A stretch of 64,000 bases of DNA from Candidatus Omnitrophota bacterium (GCA_041661345.1 JBAZUO010000005.1:3977-67976); one strand, 5' to 3'. Numbered from the stretch's first letter, positions 35,770 through 45,787 are shown. Notes: generated from the letters alone by a model not told the origin. Made by a program: numbers and translations.

Positions 35770-36689
35770 ACCGGCTTTTCTTTCTTCAGAAGATCTTCCC
35801 AGTTCTTATCGGTAACTCTCTGTATATCGTCAAGCAAAGCCTTATTTTCGGGCCTAAAAAGGTGTCTAAATCTACTTTGCAGCTTCAACCACTCGGCAAC
35901 GGGCTTTTTCTCTTTCGGCTTGTACGTAATTCGGTATTGCCCGTCAACAACCTCGTAAAGCGGCCATGAACAAGTATCCGCCGCAAGCCTGCCCATTTCG
36001 CAGGTAAGCTCCGGCTTATATCCCCATCCGAGCCTGCATGGCTGAAACACGTTTATGAATTTCGGGCCTTCGATCGATAGAGCCTTCTCAACTTTTGAAG
36101 TGAGGTCGCGCCAGTTTCCTGCGATCGACTGCGCGGCGTAAGGTATGCCGTGAGCGACCATTATCGCGGTGAGGTCTTTCCTGTACTGTTCCTTGCCTTT
36201 TTTTACCTTACCGTAAGGCGCAGTTGTCGTATCCGCACCCATGGGTGTGGCGCCCGAACGCTGAACGCCGGTATTCATATACGCTTCATTGTTATAGCAT
36301 ATGTATAATATGTTATGCCCGCGCTCCATCGCGCCCGATAATGATTGTAGGCCTATATCGTAAGTACCGCCGTCTCCGCCGAAGGCAATAAAGTTAAGCT
36401 TCTTATTATACTTACCCTGCCTGACCCATGACTTGTACAAAGCCTCTACGCCGCTTACTGTTGCCCCGGAATTCTCAAAAGCGCTGTGAAGAAAAGGTAA
36501 GTTCCATGAAGTATACGGAAATATAGTTGAGATGACCTCGAGACATCCGGTGGCGCTTACCACAACGGTATTGGGGCCGGCCGCCATCAAAACCTGTCTG
36601 GCGATTATGACTGCGCCGCATCCGGCGCATGCGCGATGCCCGCCCGTAAATAATTCCTTGCTCTTTGCCAACTCTTTAAGGTTTGCCAT
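35766..36689 (-). CDS. porB: Pyruvate/2-oxoacid:ferredoxin oxidoreductase beta subunit (TPP-binding)
   Basis: 307 aa. GHRACAGCG, FGGDGGTYDIGLQSL (TPP GDG motif), YNNEAYMNTGVQRS. Confidence 0.9.
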   Translation of the reverse strand: MANLKELAKSKELFTGGHRACAGCGAVIIARQVLMAAGPNTVVVSATGCLEVISTIFPYTSWNLPFLHSAFENSGATVSGVEALYKSWVRQGKYNKKLNFIAFGGDGGTYDIGLQSLSGAMERGHNILYICYNNEAYMNTGVQRSGATPMGADTTTAPYGKVKKGKEQYRKDLTAIMVAHGIPYAAQSIAGNWRDLTSKVEKALSIEGPKFINVFQPCRLGWGYKPELTCEMGRLAADTCSWPLYEVVDGQYRITYKPKEKKPVAEWLKLQSRFRHLFRPENKALLDDIQRVTDKNWEDLLKKEKPV

Positions 36690-37867
36690 TATTCTCTCAC
36701 ACCAAGATACGTTATTTTATCTTTTTTCTTTCCTTTTGCGGCTTCAAAAAGATCGTTATAAACGCCCTCTATTTCCTCAAGCCTTATTTCTCTTCCGCCT
36801 AGTCCGTATACATAGTTCAATATTATTTTATTCAAACCGCCATCGAACATAGCCGCCTTCACCTCGAGGCAAACCGGGCCTTCGTTCGCGTTAAACGAAT
36901 CGGACCTGTCCATCACCGCTATCGCCTTTAAGCCACTCAACGCATTGGCGATCTCTTCTTTTGGGAAAGGCCTGAAAACGCGCGGCTTCAAAAGCCCGGC
37001 TTTCAGCCCCTTATTCCTCAATTCATCCACTACAACCTTCGCGGTACCGGCGGTCGAACCCATGGCAACTACCGCGCAATCCGCATCGTCAAGCCTATAT
37101 TCTTCGAATAACCCGTATGAGCGGCCGAACTTCGAGGAAAAATCTTTCCCGACGTCCAGGATCACAGCTTTTGAATTTTTCATCGCCTCGACTTCCTGCC
37201 TCTTATGCTCAAAATAGTAGTCCTGCAGGTCGATTGCTCCGCTGGTAATAATTTTATCAAAATTCAATAAATAATTTTCAGGCTTGTATACACCGACAAA
37301 CTTCTTCACTTCGGCATCATTGATAATCTCTATCCTCTCCATGCCATGACTTATAATAAAACCATCGGTCGTAACGATCACCGGAAGTTTCACCGTTTCT
37401 GCGATCCTCACCGCCTGGATCATATTATCGTAGGCCTCCTGAGCATTCTCGGAGAATATCTGTATCCAGCCGGACTCTTTTACCATCATAGTATCGGAGT
37501 GGTCGCAGTGTATATTTATCGGGCTGGACAGCGCTCTATTGACATCGGCTAATACTATAGGAAGCCTTAAACCGGCCGCTATATATAGCATCTCGGCCAT
37601 CAGCGCCAGGCCCTGGCTCGATGTACCGGTCATGCACCTGCCGCCCGCAGCAGAGGCGCCTATGCACGCGGACATCGCCGAATGTTCGCTCTCCACTGGC
37701 ACAAATTCCGTATCGACCAGTCCGTCGGCAACGTAACCTGCGAATATCTGAACTATCTCTGTAGCCGGCGTAATAGGATATGCCGCAACAACGTCAGGAT
37801 TTATCTGGCGCATCGCTTCGGCCATCGCCTCATTTCCGGTCCTGGCTACTATATTCGAATTAGCCAC
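36689..37867 (-). CDS. porA: Pyruvate/2-oxoacid:ferredoxin oxidoreductase alpha subunit
   Basis: 392 aa. GNEAMAEA...AAYPITPATEIV...VPVESEHSAMSACIGASAAG is typical of PorA/KorA. Confidence 0.9.
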   Translation of the reverse strand: MANSNIVARTGNEAMAEAMRQINPDVVAAYPITPATEIVQIFAGYVADGLVDTEFVPVESEHSAMSACIGASAAGGRCMTGTSSQGLALMAEMLYIAAGLRLPIVLADVNRALSSPINIHCDHSDTMMVKESGWIQIFSENAQEAYDNMIQAVRIAETVKLPVIVTTDGFIISHGMERIEIINDAEVKKFVGVYKPENYLLNFDKIITSGAIDLQDYYFEHKRQEVEAMKNSKAVILDVGKDFSSKFGRSYGLFEEYRLDDADCAVVAMGSTAGTAKVVVDELRNKGLKAGLLKPRVFRPFPKEEIANALSGLKAIAVMDRSDSFNANEGPVCLEVKAAMFDGGLNKIILNYVYGLGGREIRLEEIEGVYNDLFEAAKGKKKDKITYLGVRE

Positions 37868-38180
37868 TTTTTTTCTTCGCTTCCTTTTCAGAAATCATCT
37901 TTATCGCTTTACCCTTTACCGGGCATTCGTGTTCGCATATCCCGCAGCCCTTGCAATGTTCATAGTCAAATCCGACGACCTTGCCGTCTTTCACTATCAC
38001 GGCGGAGTCAGGGCAATATACCCAGCAGGTTAAGCAACTTATGCACTTTTCCGGAATAAGGACAGGCCGGTCCGACTTCCAATCGCCGGTCTTAAATTCT
38101 CTGGCCGTACCGCCGCCTATTATCAGACCGCCCTCGGGAAGCTCTTTCCAGCCCTGTTTTTCCTTCTTCTCAGTCGCCAT
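37860..38180 (-). CDS. porD: Pyruvate:ferredoxin oxidoreductase delta subunit (2x[4Fe-4S] ferredoxin)
   Basis: 106 aa. CISCLTCWVYCP and CKGCGICEHECP cluster motifs. Confidence 0.88.
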   Translation of the reverse strand: MATEKKEKQGWKELPEGGLIIGGGTAREFKTGDWKSDRPVLIPEKCISCLTCWVYCPDSAVIVKDGKVVGFDYEHCKGCGICEHECPVKGKAIKMISEKEAKKKSG

Positions 38181-38181
38181 C

Positions 38182-38760
38182 TTAAAACTTGACCTCTTTA
38201 TAGGCGCGTTCTATCGCCTTTATATTACCTTCTATAACTTCCGGCTTCGATTTGAATTTCTTTTCCAGCTTCTTTTTGGTGTCATCGATCATCGCATTGA
38301 AATCGAGTATGCCGGACACCTTTATTAAGGCACCGAGCATGGGTGTATTCGGTATCTCTCTTCCGATCGTCTCTTTTGAAATGGTCGAAGCATCAACGGT
38401 GCATACCTTAATAGAGCCGCTAATATTAAGGTCTTTTTTTATATCGGATGGGGTTTTTTCGGTATTAATTATTATCGTTCCATTCTGAGGTATGCCTTCG
38501 GTAACATCTACGGTATCTATCAAGGTGGGGTCCAATACGACTACGATATCCGGATTGATAACGCCTGAATGGAGTAATATAGGTTTATCCGACATTCTGT
38601 CGAACGCCGCTACGGGAGCGCCCATCCTCTCGGGGCCGTATTCAGGGAATGCCTGTACATACTTACCTTGCGCGAGTGCAGCGTCCGCAAATAAAAGGGC
38701 GGCCGTTTTTGCACCCTGGCCGCCCCTGCCATGCCAGCGAATTTCAGTCAATTCTTTCAC
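38182..38760 (-). CDS. porG: Pyruvate:ferredoxin oxidoreductase gamma subunit
   Basis: 192 aa. IRWHGRGGQGAKTAALLFA start is typical of PorG. Gene order is porG-D-A-B. Confidence 0.88.
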   Translation of the reverse strand: MKELTEIRWHGRGGQGAKTAALLFADAALAQGKYVQAFPEYGPERMGAPVAAFDRMSDKPILLHSGVINPDIVVVLDPTLIDTVDVTEGIPQNGTIIINTEKTPSDIKKDLNISGSIKVCTVDASTISKETIGREIPNTPMLGALIKVSGILDFNAMIDDTKKKLEKKFKSKPEVIEGNIKAIERAYKEVKF

Positions 38761-38787
38761 CCTAATAAATTTAATCGATCACTGGGA

Positions 38788-39576
38788 TTAAACAGCTTTT
38801 TCCTTCAACCCCAGATAGAATACCATGAAACTTCCGGTCATTACCAAACCAAGGTAACCGTTTATTATGCTCGTCGTCACTGCCATCACGATCTTCCCCG
38901 CGCCTGCAGGTATAGCGGCAGTCAATAGGCCGATCAGAAAACCTACCACCAGCCCGATGCCCAACGCGATCAATATCAGAAGAACAAAAAGCAAAAGCAG
39001 TGTCAATACTCTTGAAAACGGCTTCTTTGTTACGGACAGGCTATTCTTCATTGCCGCTATCACGCCCATCTCACCGCATACGAGAGCGTACGGTGAAAGC
39101 GTAAGCGGGATGAAATACAATAACCCCACCACCGCCACTATCGCCACCGCTATCACTACCGCTATGTTAGTGATTATAGCGTTATTGAGCGGTGTGGTCG
39201 CGGCCACTATAAGGCCCGCCACAAGCGCCGCTACGCCTATAATCAGTATGATCAACAACCCCAAACAAAAAAGCTTGAGGTAATATTTCACGCCGTAGGC
39301 CATAAAAGAGCTAAGCTTTGCAACTCCGCCCTTCACGTAGTCCCTTACCAGGCCAAGGCTTGCGCCCTGAAAAAATATGCTTATCAGGATGAATATCGCA
39401 CTGAAGATCAATGCAGAAACCGTCATCTGGGGGGTAGGTGTCTGCCTCGGCTGTACCGCAAATGGCATGCTCGCGATACTTCCTATGAGATTAAAAACGA
39501 ACAATATCAACACAAGCCCGAGGTTCTTGGATGCAACTCCGAAACCCTTCTTAATCGCTTCTAAAATCACTCCCAT
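38788..39576 (-). CDS. Polytopic membrane protein, unknown function
   Basis: 262 aa, about 6 TM helices, no catalytic motif recognised. Confidence 0.45.
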   Translation of the reverse strand: MGVILEAIKKGFGVASKNLGLVLILFVFNLIGSIASMPFAVQPRQTPTPQMTVSALIFSAIFILISIFFQGASLGLVRDYVKGGVAKLSSFMAYGVKYYLKLFCLGLLIILIIGVAALVAGLIVAATTPLNNAIITNIAVVIAVAIVAVVGLLYFIPLTLSPYALVCGEMGVIAAMKNSLSVTKKPFSRVLTLLLLFVLLILIALGIGLVVGFLIGLLTAAIPAGAGKIVMAVTTSIINGYLGLVMTGSFMVFYLGLKEKAV

Positions 39577-39641
39577 AATAACCCTCCTTTTGGGTACAGT
39601 ATAGTAAATATATCAGATAACCTCAGTACTGTCAAGGGGAT

Positions 39642-40250
39642 TTATCTTGCGGATATCTCGCGCCGGCCTTCAAATGCCTTGGTGATGGTCGCCTGATCGG
39701 CATATTGCAGGTCGCCGCCTACCGGTATGCCGTAGGCCACCCTGGTAAGCCTGGCCCCTGCTAATTTAAGCACCTTTAATAGGTAAAGCGCCGTGGCTTC
39801 TCCTTCCGTATTGAAGTCGGTAGCCAAAATTATCTCTTTGAACTTCTCCTTTTTGACTCTTTCAAGCAATTCATTTATCTTCAGATCGTCAGGCCCGATC
39901 CCATCCAATGGCGACAGGGAACCCAGCAACACATGGTAGAGGCCGTTAAAATTCCCGGCCTTCTCTATCGTAACTATATCATTCGGCTCTTCAACTACAC
40001 AGAGTATCGATTTATTCCTGGAATGGCTTCTGCAGATCTCGCAAGTATCGTTGTCGCTTAAGTTATTGCAGATATTACAGAATCTTACGGATTCTTTGAC
40101 TTTCAGTATCGCTTTCGAGAGGGCGTCAGCGTCCTGCTTCGGTGAGCGGAGCACATAGAAGGCGAGGCGCTGCGCGCTCTTTGGTCCGATACCGGGCATC
40201 TTGGATAATTCCTCTATCAATGCCCTCATCGAAACCGGAAAGTCCATCAT
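39642..40250 (-). CDS. recR: Recombination protein RecR
   Basis: 202 aa. HhH (LSKMPGIGPKSAQRLAF), C4 zinc finger (CNICNNLSDNDTCEIC) and Toprim (VVEEPNDI...ATDFNTEGEATA). Confidence 0.92.
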   Translation of the reverse strand: MMDFPVSMRALIEELSKMPGIGPKSAQRLAFYVLRSPKQDADALSKAILKVKESVRFCNICNNLSDNDTCEICRSHSRNKSILCVVEEPNDIVTIEKAGNFNGLYHVLLGSLSPLDGIGPDDLKINELLERVKKEKFKEIILATDFNTEGEATALYLLKVLKLAGARLTRVAYGIPVGGDLQYADQATITKAFEGRREISAR

Positions 40251-41935
40251 CTAGTCTTTTCCTTACTATTTCTCGTCTTCGCTATCGACCCGCCGAACAT
40301 CTCGAGCGCCGCCTTAACTATCGGATCCACTTGTTCTCTATCCGATTCGCCTGCCTCGGGAATATGATCATCGGAATCTTCTCTGGAATTCGTACTCTCG
40401 GGCCTTTTGATATTGACCGGATCAACCAAAGTCAATGCCACCCTGAGATCCAACCCGAGAACCTTATTAAGCGCTTCCTCTATCAGGCGTTTATTGTCCT
40501 GCCCTTCAAGCATTTCTTTATGAAATTTCAGCTCCTTCGGAAAACCTATCGTTATGACCATGCCCTCAAGGCTGGTCGGATACCCTTCCTGTAAATAAGA
40601 GGCTATCGATATCTTCTTGTTCTTTATATAATCTATAACTTTGGCCCACGAGCTTAGGACATCCTCTACATCTTTCGAAATCGTATTGTTCGCCTCGGCG
40701 GTTTCCGCCGCGGGCTTCTGCTTTACGCTATGGGCATGGGCTTGGATATGGGCCTGTGCAGGAGCCTGGGCATGGGTCTGAACTGCAGTCGGCCCTTCAA
40801 GCATATCAAGCCTCTTTAATATCTCATCTAGAGAAATGATCGAACCGGTTTTGGTAAGTTTTACCATCGCCGCTTCAAGCGGGATGCGGGCAAGACCGGA
40901 CTTACGCATCAGGTCTATGGTGTTGGAAAACGTATAAATAATATAAAGGATCTCCTCGGCTGTATACCCCCCTGAAGCCTCCGCATACCTTTTTATCTTC
41001 TCGGCGCTGGCATCTATCAACAGCTCCTGGTTCGAACCGACTTTGGCAACAAGCATATTTCTCAAATGACCTATGAGGCCCAGTACAACCTGATTTATGT
41101 CTTTTCCGTCATTGACAAGCCGGTCGATAATGAGGAGCGCCTTAGCGGCATCCTTCTGTTTAATCGCATCAGATAATTCAAACAAGATTTCGCCATCAAC
41201 GACTCCGAGTATCTTCGCTACATCGTCCGCGGTAACCTTCCCCTTCGCGAATGAAGATATCTGGTCGAGAATAACCTGGCCGTTACGCATTCCACCGTCT
41301 GAATATCTGGCGATGAGCCCCAGGGCTTCGTCATTTACATCCAGCCCCTCGGCCTTCGCTATCTTCCTCAGGTTCGCTACAATGTCTTTCGTAATGATAC
41401 GCCTGAAGTCAAATCTCTGGCATCTGGATAGAATCGTGGCCGGGACCTTGTAGGCCTGGGTTGTGGCGAATATGAACTTCACGTGAGGCGGCGGCTCTTC
41501 GAGTGTCTTCAGAAGAGCATTGAACGCCTCGGGGGTGAGCATATGTACTTCGTCGATTATATATACTTTAAATCTTCCTCTCGACGGGGCAAACTTGATG
41601 CTCTCTCTCAGGTTCCTGATCTCGTCTATGCCTCTGTTCGAAGCACCGTCTATCTCCAGTATATCAAGGCTCGACCCTAAGGTGATCTCCTTGCACGAAT
41701 TGCACACATTGCACGGCTCGGGGCTGGGCCCCTTCTCGCAATTAAGCGCCTTCGCAAGGATCCTCGCCGCCGTGGTCTTACCTACACCGCGGGGACCGGC
41801 AAAAAGATAAGCATGGGCAACTCTGTCCTGGGATATTGCGTTCTTCAGGGTGGTTGTGATGTGGGGCTGGCCCGCTATCTCATCAAATGCCTTAGGCCTG
41901 TATTTTCGCGCGAATACTATGTAGCTCATAATCAA
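40247..41935 (-). CDS. dnaX: DNA polymerase III subunit gamma/tau
   Basis: 562 aa. Walker A GPRGVGKTT, zinc module CEKGPSPEPCNVCNSC, Walker B YIIDEVHML, SRC motif LSRCQRF. 4-nt overlap with recR. Confidence 0.92.
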   Translation of the reverse strand: MIMSYIVFARKYRPKAFDEIAGQPHITTTLKNAISQDRVAHAYLFAGPRGVGKTTAARILAKALNCEKGPSPEPCNVCNSCKEITLGSSLDILEIDGASNRGIDEIRNLRESIKFAPSRGRFKVYIIDEVHMLTPEAFNALLKTLEEPPPHVKFIFATTQAYKVPATILSRCQRFDFRRIITKDIVANLRKIAKAEGLDVNDEALGLIARYSDGGMRNGQVILDQISSFAKGKVTADDVAKILGVVDGEILFELSDAIKQKDAAKALLIIDRLVNDGKDINQVVLGLIGHLRNMLVAKVGSNQELLIDASAEKIKRYAEASGGYTAEEILYIIYTFSNTIDLMRKSGLARIPLEAAMVKLTKTGSIISLDEILKRLDMLEGPTAVQTHAQAPAQAHIQAHAHSVKQKPAAETAEANNTISKDVEDVLSSWAKVIDYIKNKKISIASYLQEGYPTSLEGMVITIGFPKELKFHKEMLEGQDNKRLIEEALNKVLGLDLRVALTLVDPVNIKRPESTNSREDSDDHIPEAGESDREQVDPIVKAALEMFGGSIAKTRNSKEKTR

Positions 41936-41974
41936 TACAAGATAACACAGCTGGTATGTGAAATCAACTGCAAA

Positions 41975-43264
41975 TTACTCCTCCGGCGGAACCGCGATCC
42001 TGGTAGCGGCGTCTATTCCCGACGCGATCTCCGGGATTATACCTATCTTCCTATATATGGGATGAACTGCCTTCCTTATAAGCGGCAGTTTTGACGCAAA
42101 ATACGCCGAGGCGATAATACATACGGCGCCTCCGATGATCAGAGTGTTTGTGGCGCCTATCAGGGACGCAAGAGCCCCGGCCAAAAGGCTTCCGAAAGGC
42201 GCCGTACCAATGAACGCCATAGCGTAAAGGCCCATCACTCTTCCGCGCTTATCGTCATCGACCACTGTTTGCAGGATTATATTGCTGGCAGCCATGTGGG
42301 CCATAAAACCGAAACCGGCAAATCCGAGAATGAATAAAGACAATATGATCGTCCGCGACATGGAAAAGGCTATTATCCCTATAGAGAATAGCGTCCCGAA
42401 GACCGGGATAAGGCGCGCGAGTCCAACCACAGTTTTACGTGAGGCAAGATATAAAGTGGCTAAGATAGCGCCCGTCCCTGCCGAGGCCATCAGGAAACCA
42501 AACGTGCCGGGACCGCCATGCAGAATATCTTTGGCAAATACCGGCATCAGCACGACATAAGACATACCCGCGAGGCTTATCATGCTAAGAAGCATCAGGA
42601 TGTATCTTATCGGCAGAAAATCATACGCATACCTGAATCCTTCCTTAAGATCGGCGAAGATATCTCTTTTTACATCTTCCGCCATACGGGCCGGGACCTT
42701 CATCATCATTAACGCGGCTATTACCGCAAGAAAACTTAAGGCATTGATAAGAAAGCATACACCCTCTCCGGTGAACATTATAACGATCCCGGCTATGGAT
42801 GGGCCGATCAGCCTCGCGGAGTTAAACATAAGAGAATTCAGGGATATCGCGTTCGCCAGATTCTCTTTTCGCTCGACCATGTCTATGACGAAAGATTGCC
42901 GCGCCGGTATATCCAGAGAATTAACACAGCCCAGCATAAACCCGAGCAGCACCACCTGCCATACATTGATGGCGCCCGATAACGTTAGCACAGCCAGTAT
43001 AAGCGCCAGGATCATGGATAGCGTCTGTGTCAGTACCAATATGTTATGACGGTTGAGCCTGTCCACCATAACTCCGGCGAAAGGCCCAAGTACAAACATG
43101 GGTATCTGACTCGCAAATCCCACAAGGCCGAGTAGAAAGACAGAATTAGTAAGACGGTAGACAAGCCAGCTCATAGCGATCACTTCCATCCAGGTCCCTA
43201 TGAGAGAGATGCCCTGTCCGATAAAAAAGATGCGGAAATTTCTATAGCGAAGAGCCCGGAACAT
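41975..43264 (-). CDS. MFS transporter (EntS/MFS_3-like)
   Basis: 429 aa, 12 TM. GPFAGVMVDRLNR is the loop 2-3 signature. Confidence 0.78.
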   Translation of the reverse strand: MFRALRYRNFRIFFIGQGISLIGTWMEVIAMSWLVYRLTNSVFLLGLVGFASQIPMFVLGPFAGVMVDRLNRHNILVLTQTLSMILALILAVLTLSGAINVWQVVLLGFMLGCVNSLDIPARQSFVIDMVERKENLANAISLNSLMFNSARLIGPSIAGIVIMFTGEGVCFLINALSFLAVIAALMMMKVPARMAEDVKRDIFADLKEGFRYAYDFLPIRYILMLLSMISLAGMSYVVLMPVFAKDILHGGPGTFGFLMASAGTGAILATLYLASRKTVVGLARLIPVFGTLFSIGIIAFSMSRTIILSLFILGFAGFGFMAHMAASNIILQTVVDDDKRGRVMGLYAMAFIGTAPFGSLLAGALASLIGATNTLIIGGAVCIIASAYFASKLPLIRKAVHPIYRKIGIIPEIASGIDAATRIAVPPEE

Positions 43265-43269
43265 ATTGC

Positions 43270-44181
43270 CTACACCCCGGCCTTCACACCGGACGAGATC
43301 CTGTCAAAGAAGGCCTCCGCCTTTTCTGCCACGATGTCGCGCTCATGATCCGCGGTTATTATATGGTATGAATTGTAAATAAAAACCATCTCTTTCATCT
43401 CGGAACTTACCTTGTCATAAATAAATTTGGAATTTTTAGAACTCGTCATATCATCATCTTTTGCCTGGATAAGCTGTACCGGTGTCTGTATGTTTGGCAG
43501 TCTCTTTATAAGATATTTTACCAGAAGCTGCAGCTGATATAAAAGCGTCACCGGAAAATAGGGATATCCGTACTGTCCCACATTACCCATATCGTCAAAT
43601 TTAGCGTTCACATAATATTTATGTATGCGCTCCCTTATCACCTCGTTTTTGATGCCATAAGGCGGCTCTTCTTTAAAATAAAATAAATATTTAATGAAAG
43701 TTTTATACCCTAGCGGAAGAAAGAATTTAGAATTCGGCGTGTTCCAGCCATCATAGAATAGCGTCGGAGCCAGACAGCTTACGCCGCGAACCCTGTCTTT
43801 GAACTCTTCGGCAAGAAGGAGCGCGAGCAGAGCGCCCATCGATAAGCCGGAAGCAAATATCGGCCCCCGGAAATCCGCGGCCTCTCCTTCCGTGATCACT
43901 TTTCGAACCGATTCGTAAAACTCCTGCCACCTGGTATTTTTCAGGACTTCGATCGCTTCACCGTGATTGGCAAGGCTGGGACAGAATACGGTATAACCCT
44001 TCCTGTTAAGGAATTGGGCAAGCGTTTTCATCTCGACGGGTGTACCGGTCAGGCCATGAATAAGTATAACGGCCCTGCCGTTATCACCCCTGAGTGTAAA
44101 GCCCTGGTTAGCGGTAGATACACCGGAAGGTTTGCGCCGGCCAAAAACATACTTGGGATTAAGAGTAAATACAACTGACAT
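43270..44181 (-). CDS. Alpha/beta-fold hydrolase (esterase/lysophospholipase-like)
   Basis: 303 aa. HGLTGTP oxyanion region, nucleophile elbow GLSMGA, late D and H (YNSYHIITADHE). Confidence 0.75.
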   Translation of the reverse strand: MSVVFTLNPKYVFGRRKPSGVSTANQGFTLRGDNGRAVILIHGLTGTPVEMKTLAQFLNRKGYTVFCPSLANHGEAIEVLKNTRWQEFYESVRKVITEGEAADFRGPIFASGLSMGALLALLLAEEFKDRVRGVSCLAPTLFYDGWNTPNSKFFLPLGYKTFIKYLFYFKEEPPYGIKNEVIRERIHKYYVNAKFDDMGNVGQYGYPYFPVTLLYQLQLLVKYLIKRLPNIQTPVQLIQAKDDDMTSSKNSKFIYDKVSSEMKEMVFIYNSYHIITADHERDIVAEKAEAFFDRISSGVKAGV

Positions 44182-44205
44182 AATCTGATCTTTCTATGCA
44201 AAATT

Positions 44206-45645
44206 CTAAGCTGGATAAGACAATAGCAGCGTTACCGTAAAAGTCGATCCTTGTCCGCGCTTGCTCTCTACGGAGATATCTCCCTTATGCGCCTCGACGA
44301 CTGCCTTAACGATGCTTAAGCCTATCCCGAAGTTATCGCCGGAACCTCTCGTTTTAACTACCTGATAGAACCTGTCAAATATATAAGGAAACTCTTCTTC
44401 CGGCATCCCCATACCCGTATCGCTTATCTTGATCTTGGCAAATTTATCGTCTTTGACGAGGGTAACAGTAACCTTTCCTTTTCTGTATGTGTACCTGATC
44501 GCATTATCCAGAAGGTTCATCATCATCCTGCCTAGCTGGATCTCGTCGGCGTCCATAATAACGGTTTCATCGCAGTAGAAGGAAATATCTATCCCCTTGC
44601 GGCCGGCAAGCGATCTCATATTATCCACAGCACCTTCTATGAGTTTGGTTAGATTGATCTTTTTTATCTCAAGGGTCACCTGGTCTGTTTCAAAACGGCT
44701 CAACGTCGAAAGATTATCCACGATCCTAGAGAAGGCATCCGCTTCTTTCAGCATCCTAAGCAGCACGGCTTCCGACTCTTTCCGCGAATTGATATTTTTT
44801 ATCGCCGCTTCGATATCTGTTTTCAATGCGCTTAAAGGCGTCCGCAACTCATGCGAGATATCCTGAATAAACCTCTGCTGGGAGGTAAAAGACCTGTCTA
44901 TCCTCTCTATCATTTCATTGAATGTATCGGCGAGTTTCTTTATCTCGTCTTTTGTATCGGGAATGTGTATTTTTAATTTCAGGTTCTCGGCAGTGATCTG
45001 CCTGAGCGTATTTATCATAGTGTCGACAGGCTTCAACGTAAGTCTGACCAGCAATACTCCCGGAAACGCGGCCAGGATCACAGTCAGCGGGAGCATAACA
45101 AACAATATAAATATCAGGTTATGTAAGACCAACGACATGAGCCCTATCGGCCCGGCCACCTGCACCACATAGGCAACCTTTCCGTGTTCATAGACAGGCC
45201 TTGAATACATCCTGGCCCTCATCTTTCTGCCGTCGGCAAATTCGCCCTTCACGGTATCGAAGCTATCATCTCCGTCGATTATGTCTTTAAAATCTTCTTT
45301 CGGTAACTGAGAAATGTTCGGCATGGATTTCGAAGCCACGATGAGAGAGCCATTGGCATCGAGTATCCGCACGAAGATGCTCATCAGATCCGGGTCCTTC
45401 CTCTTCTCCGTAACCCACGCCTGGGCGGCAAAAGCAAAGGCATCTTTTTCGGCAGCTCCGGCTCTCCAGTAAGCGTTGATCGAATCGGCAACACCCTCGC
45501 ATCTCGAACTCAGCAGGTCGTCGAAATCATCGTAAAGGGTTTTGCGGAAACCCTCGTAAAGTATGAAGCTGAATATCAGTAATGTTATGGTGAGGATAAA
45601 CGTATACCAGAACAACGCCTTGAATCTTATCGATTTAAAAAACAT
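44206..45645 (-). CDS. Sensor histidine kinase (2 TM, HAMP, HisKA, HATPase_c); no cognate response regulator adjacent
   Basis: 479 aa. H-box ISHELRTPLSAL, N-box LLDNAIRYT, G-boxes DTGMGM and GIGLSIV. Confidence 0.88.
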   Translation of the reverse strand: MFFKSIRFKALFWYTFILTITLLIFSFILYEGFRKTLYDDFDDLLSSRCEGVADSINAYWRAGAAEKDAFAFAAQAWVTEKRKDPDLMSIFVRILDANGSLIVASKSMPNISQLPKEDFKDIIDGDDSFDTVKGEFADGRKMRARMYSRPVYEHGKVAYVVQVAGPIGLMSLVLHNLIFILFVMLPLTVILAAFPGVLLVRLTLKPVDTMINTLRQITAENLKLKIHIPDTKDEIKKLADTFNEMIERIDRSFTSQQRFIQDISHELRTPLSALKTDIEAAIKNINSRKESEAVLLRMLKEADAFSRIVDNLSTLSRFETDQVTLEIKKINLTKLIEGAVDNMRSLAGRKGIDISFYCDETVIMDADEIQLGRMMMNLLDNAIRYTYRKGKVTVTLVKDDKFAKIKISDTGMGMPEEEFPYIFDRFYQVVKTRGSGDNFGIGLSIVKAVVEAHKGDISVESKRGQGSTFTVTLLLSYPA

Positions 45646-45682
45646 AGTACTCCTTACTTTTTGGCGGAGGTCAAAAGTTATT

Positions 45683-45757
45683 TGGCGCGCCTGACAGGAA
45701 TCGAACCTGCATACATGGCTTCGGAGGCCAACGCGTTATCCATTACGCTACAGGCGC
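45683..45757 (-). tRNA. tRNA-Arg(CCG), CCA encoded
   Basis: GCGCCUG UA GCGU AAUGGAUA ACGC G UUGGC CUCCGAA GCCAU GUAU GCAGG UUCGAUU CCUGU CAGGCGC G CCA. 7/7 acceptor pairs. Close to E. coli tRNA-Arg(CCG). Confidence 0.88.
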
Positions 45758-45787
45758 CTAAAACTATAATAAAGCATTGTACCTCTA

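Noticed and set aside
40700-40790. DNA-level repeat (GGGCATGGGCTTGGATATGGGCCTGTGCAGGAGCCTGGGCATGGG) inside dnaX.
   Set aside because: It simply encodes the low-complexity HAQAPAQAHIQAHAH linker of tau. There is no independent structure or function evident.
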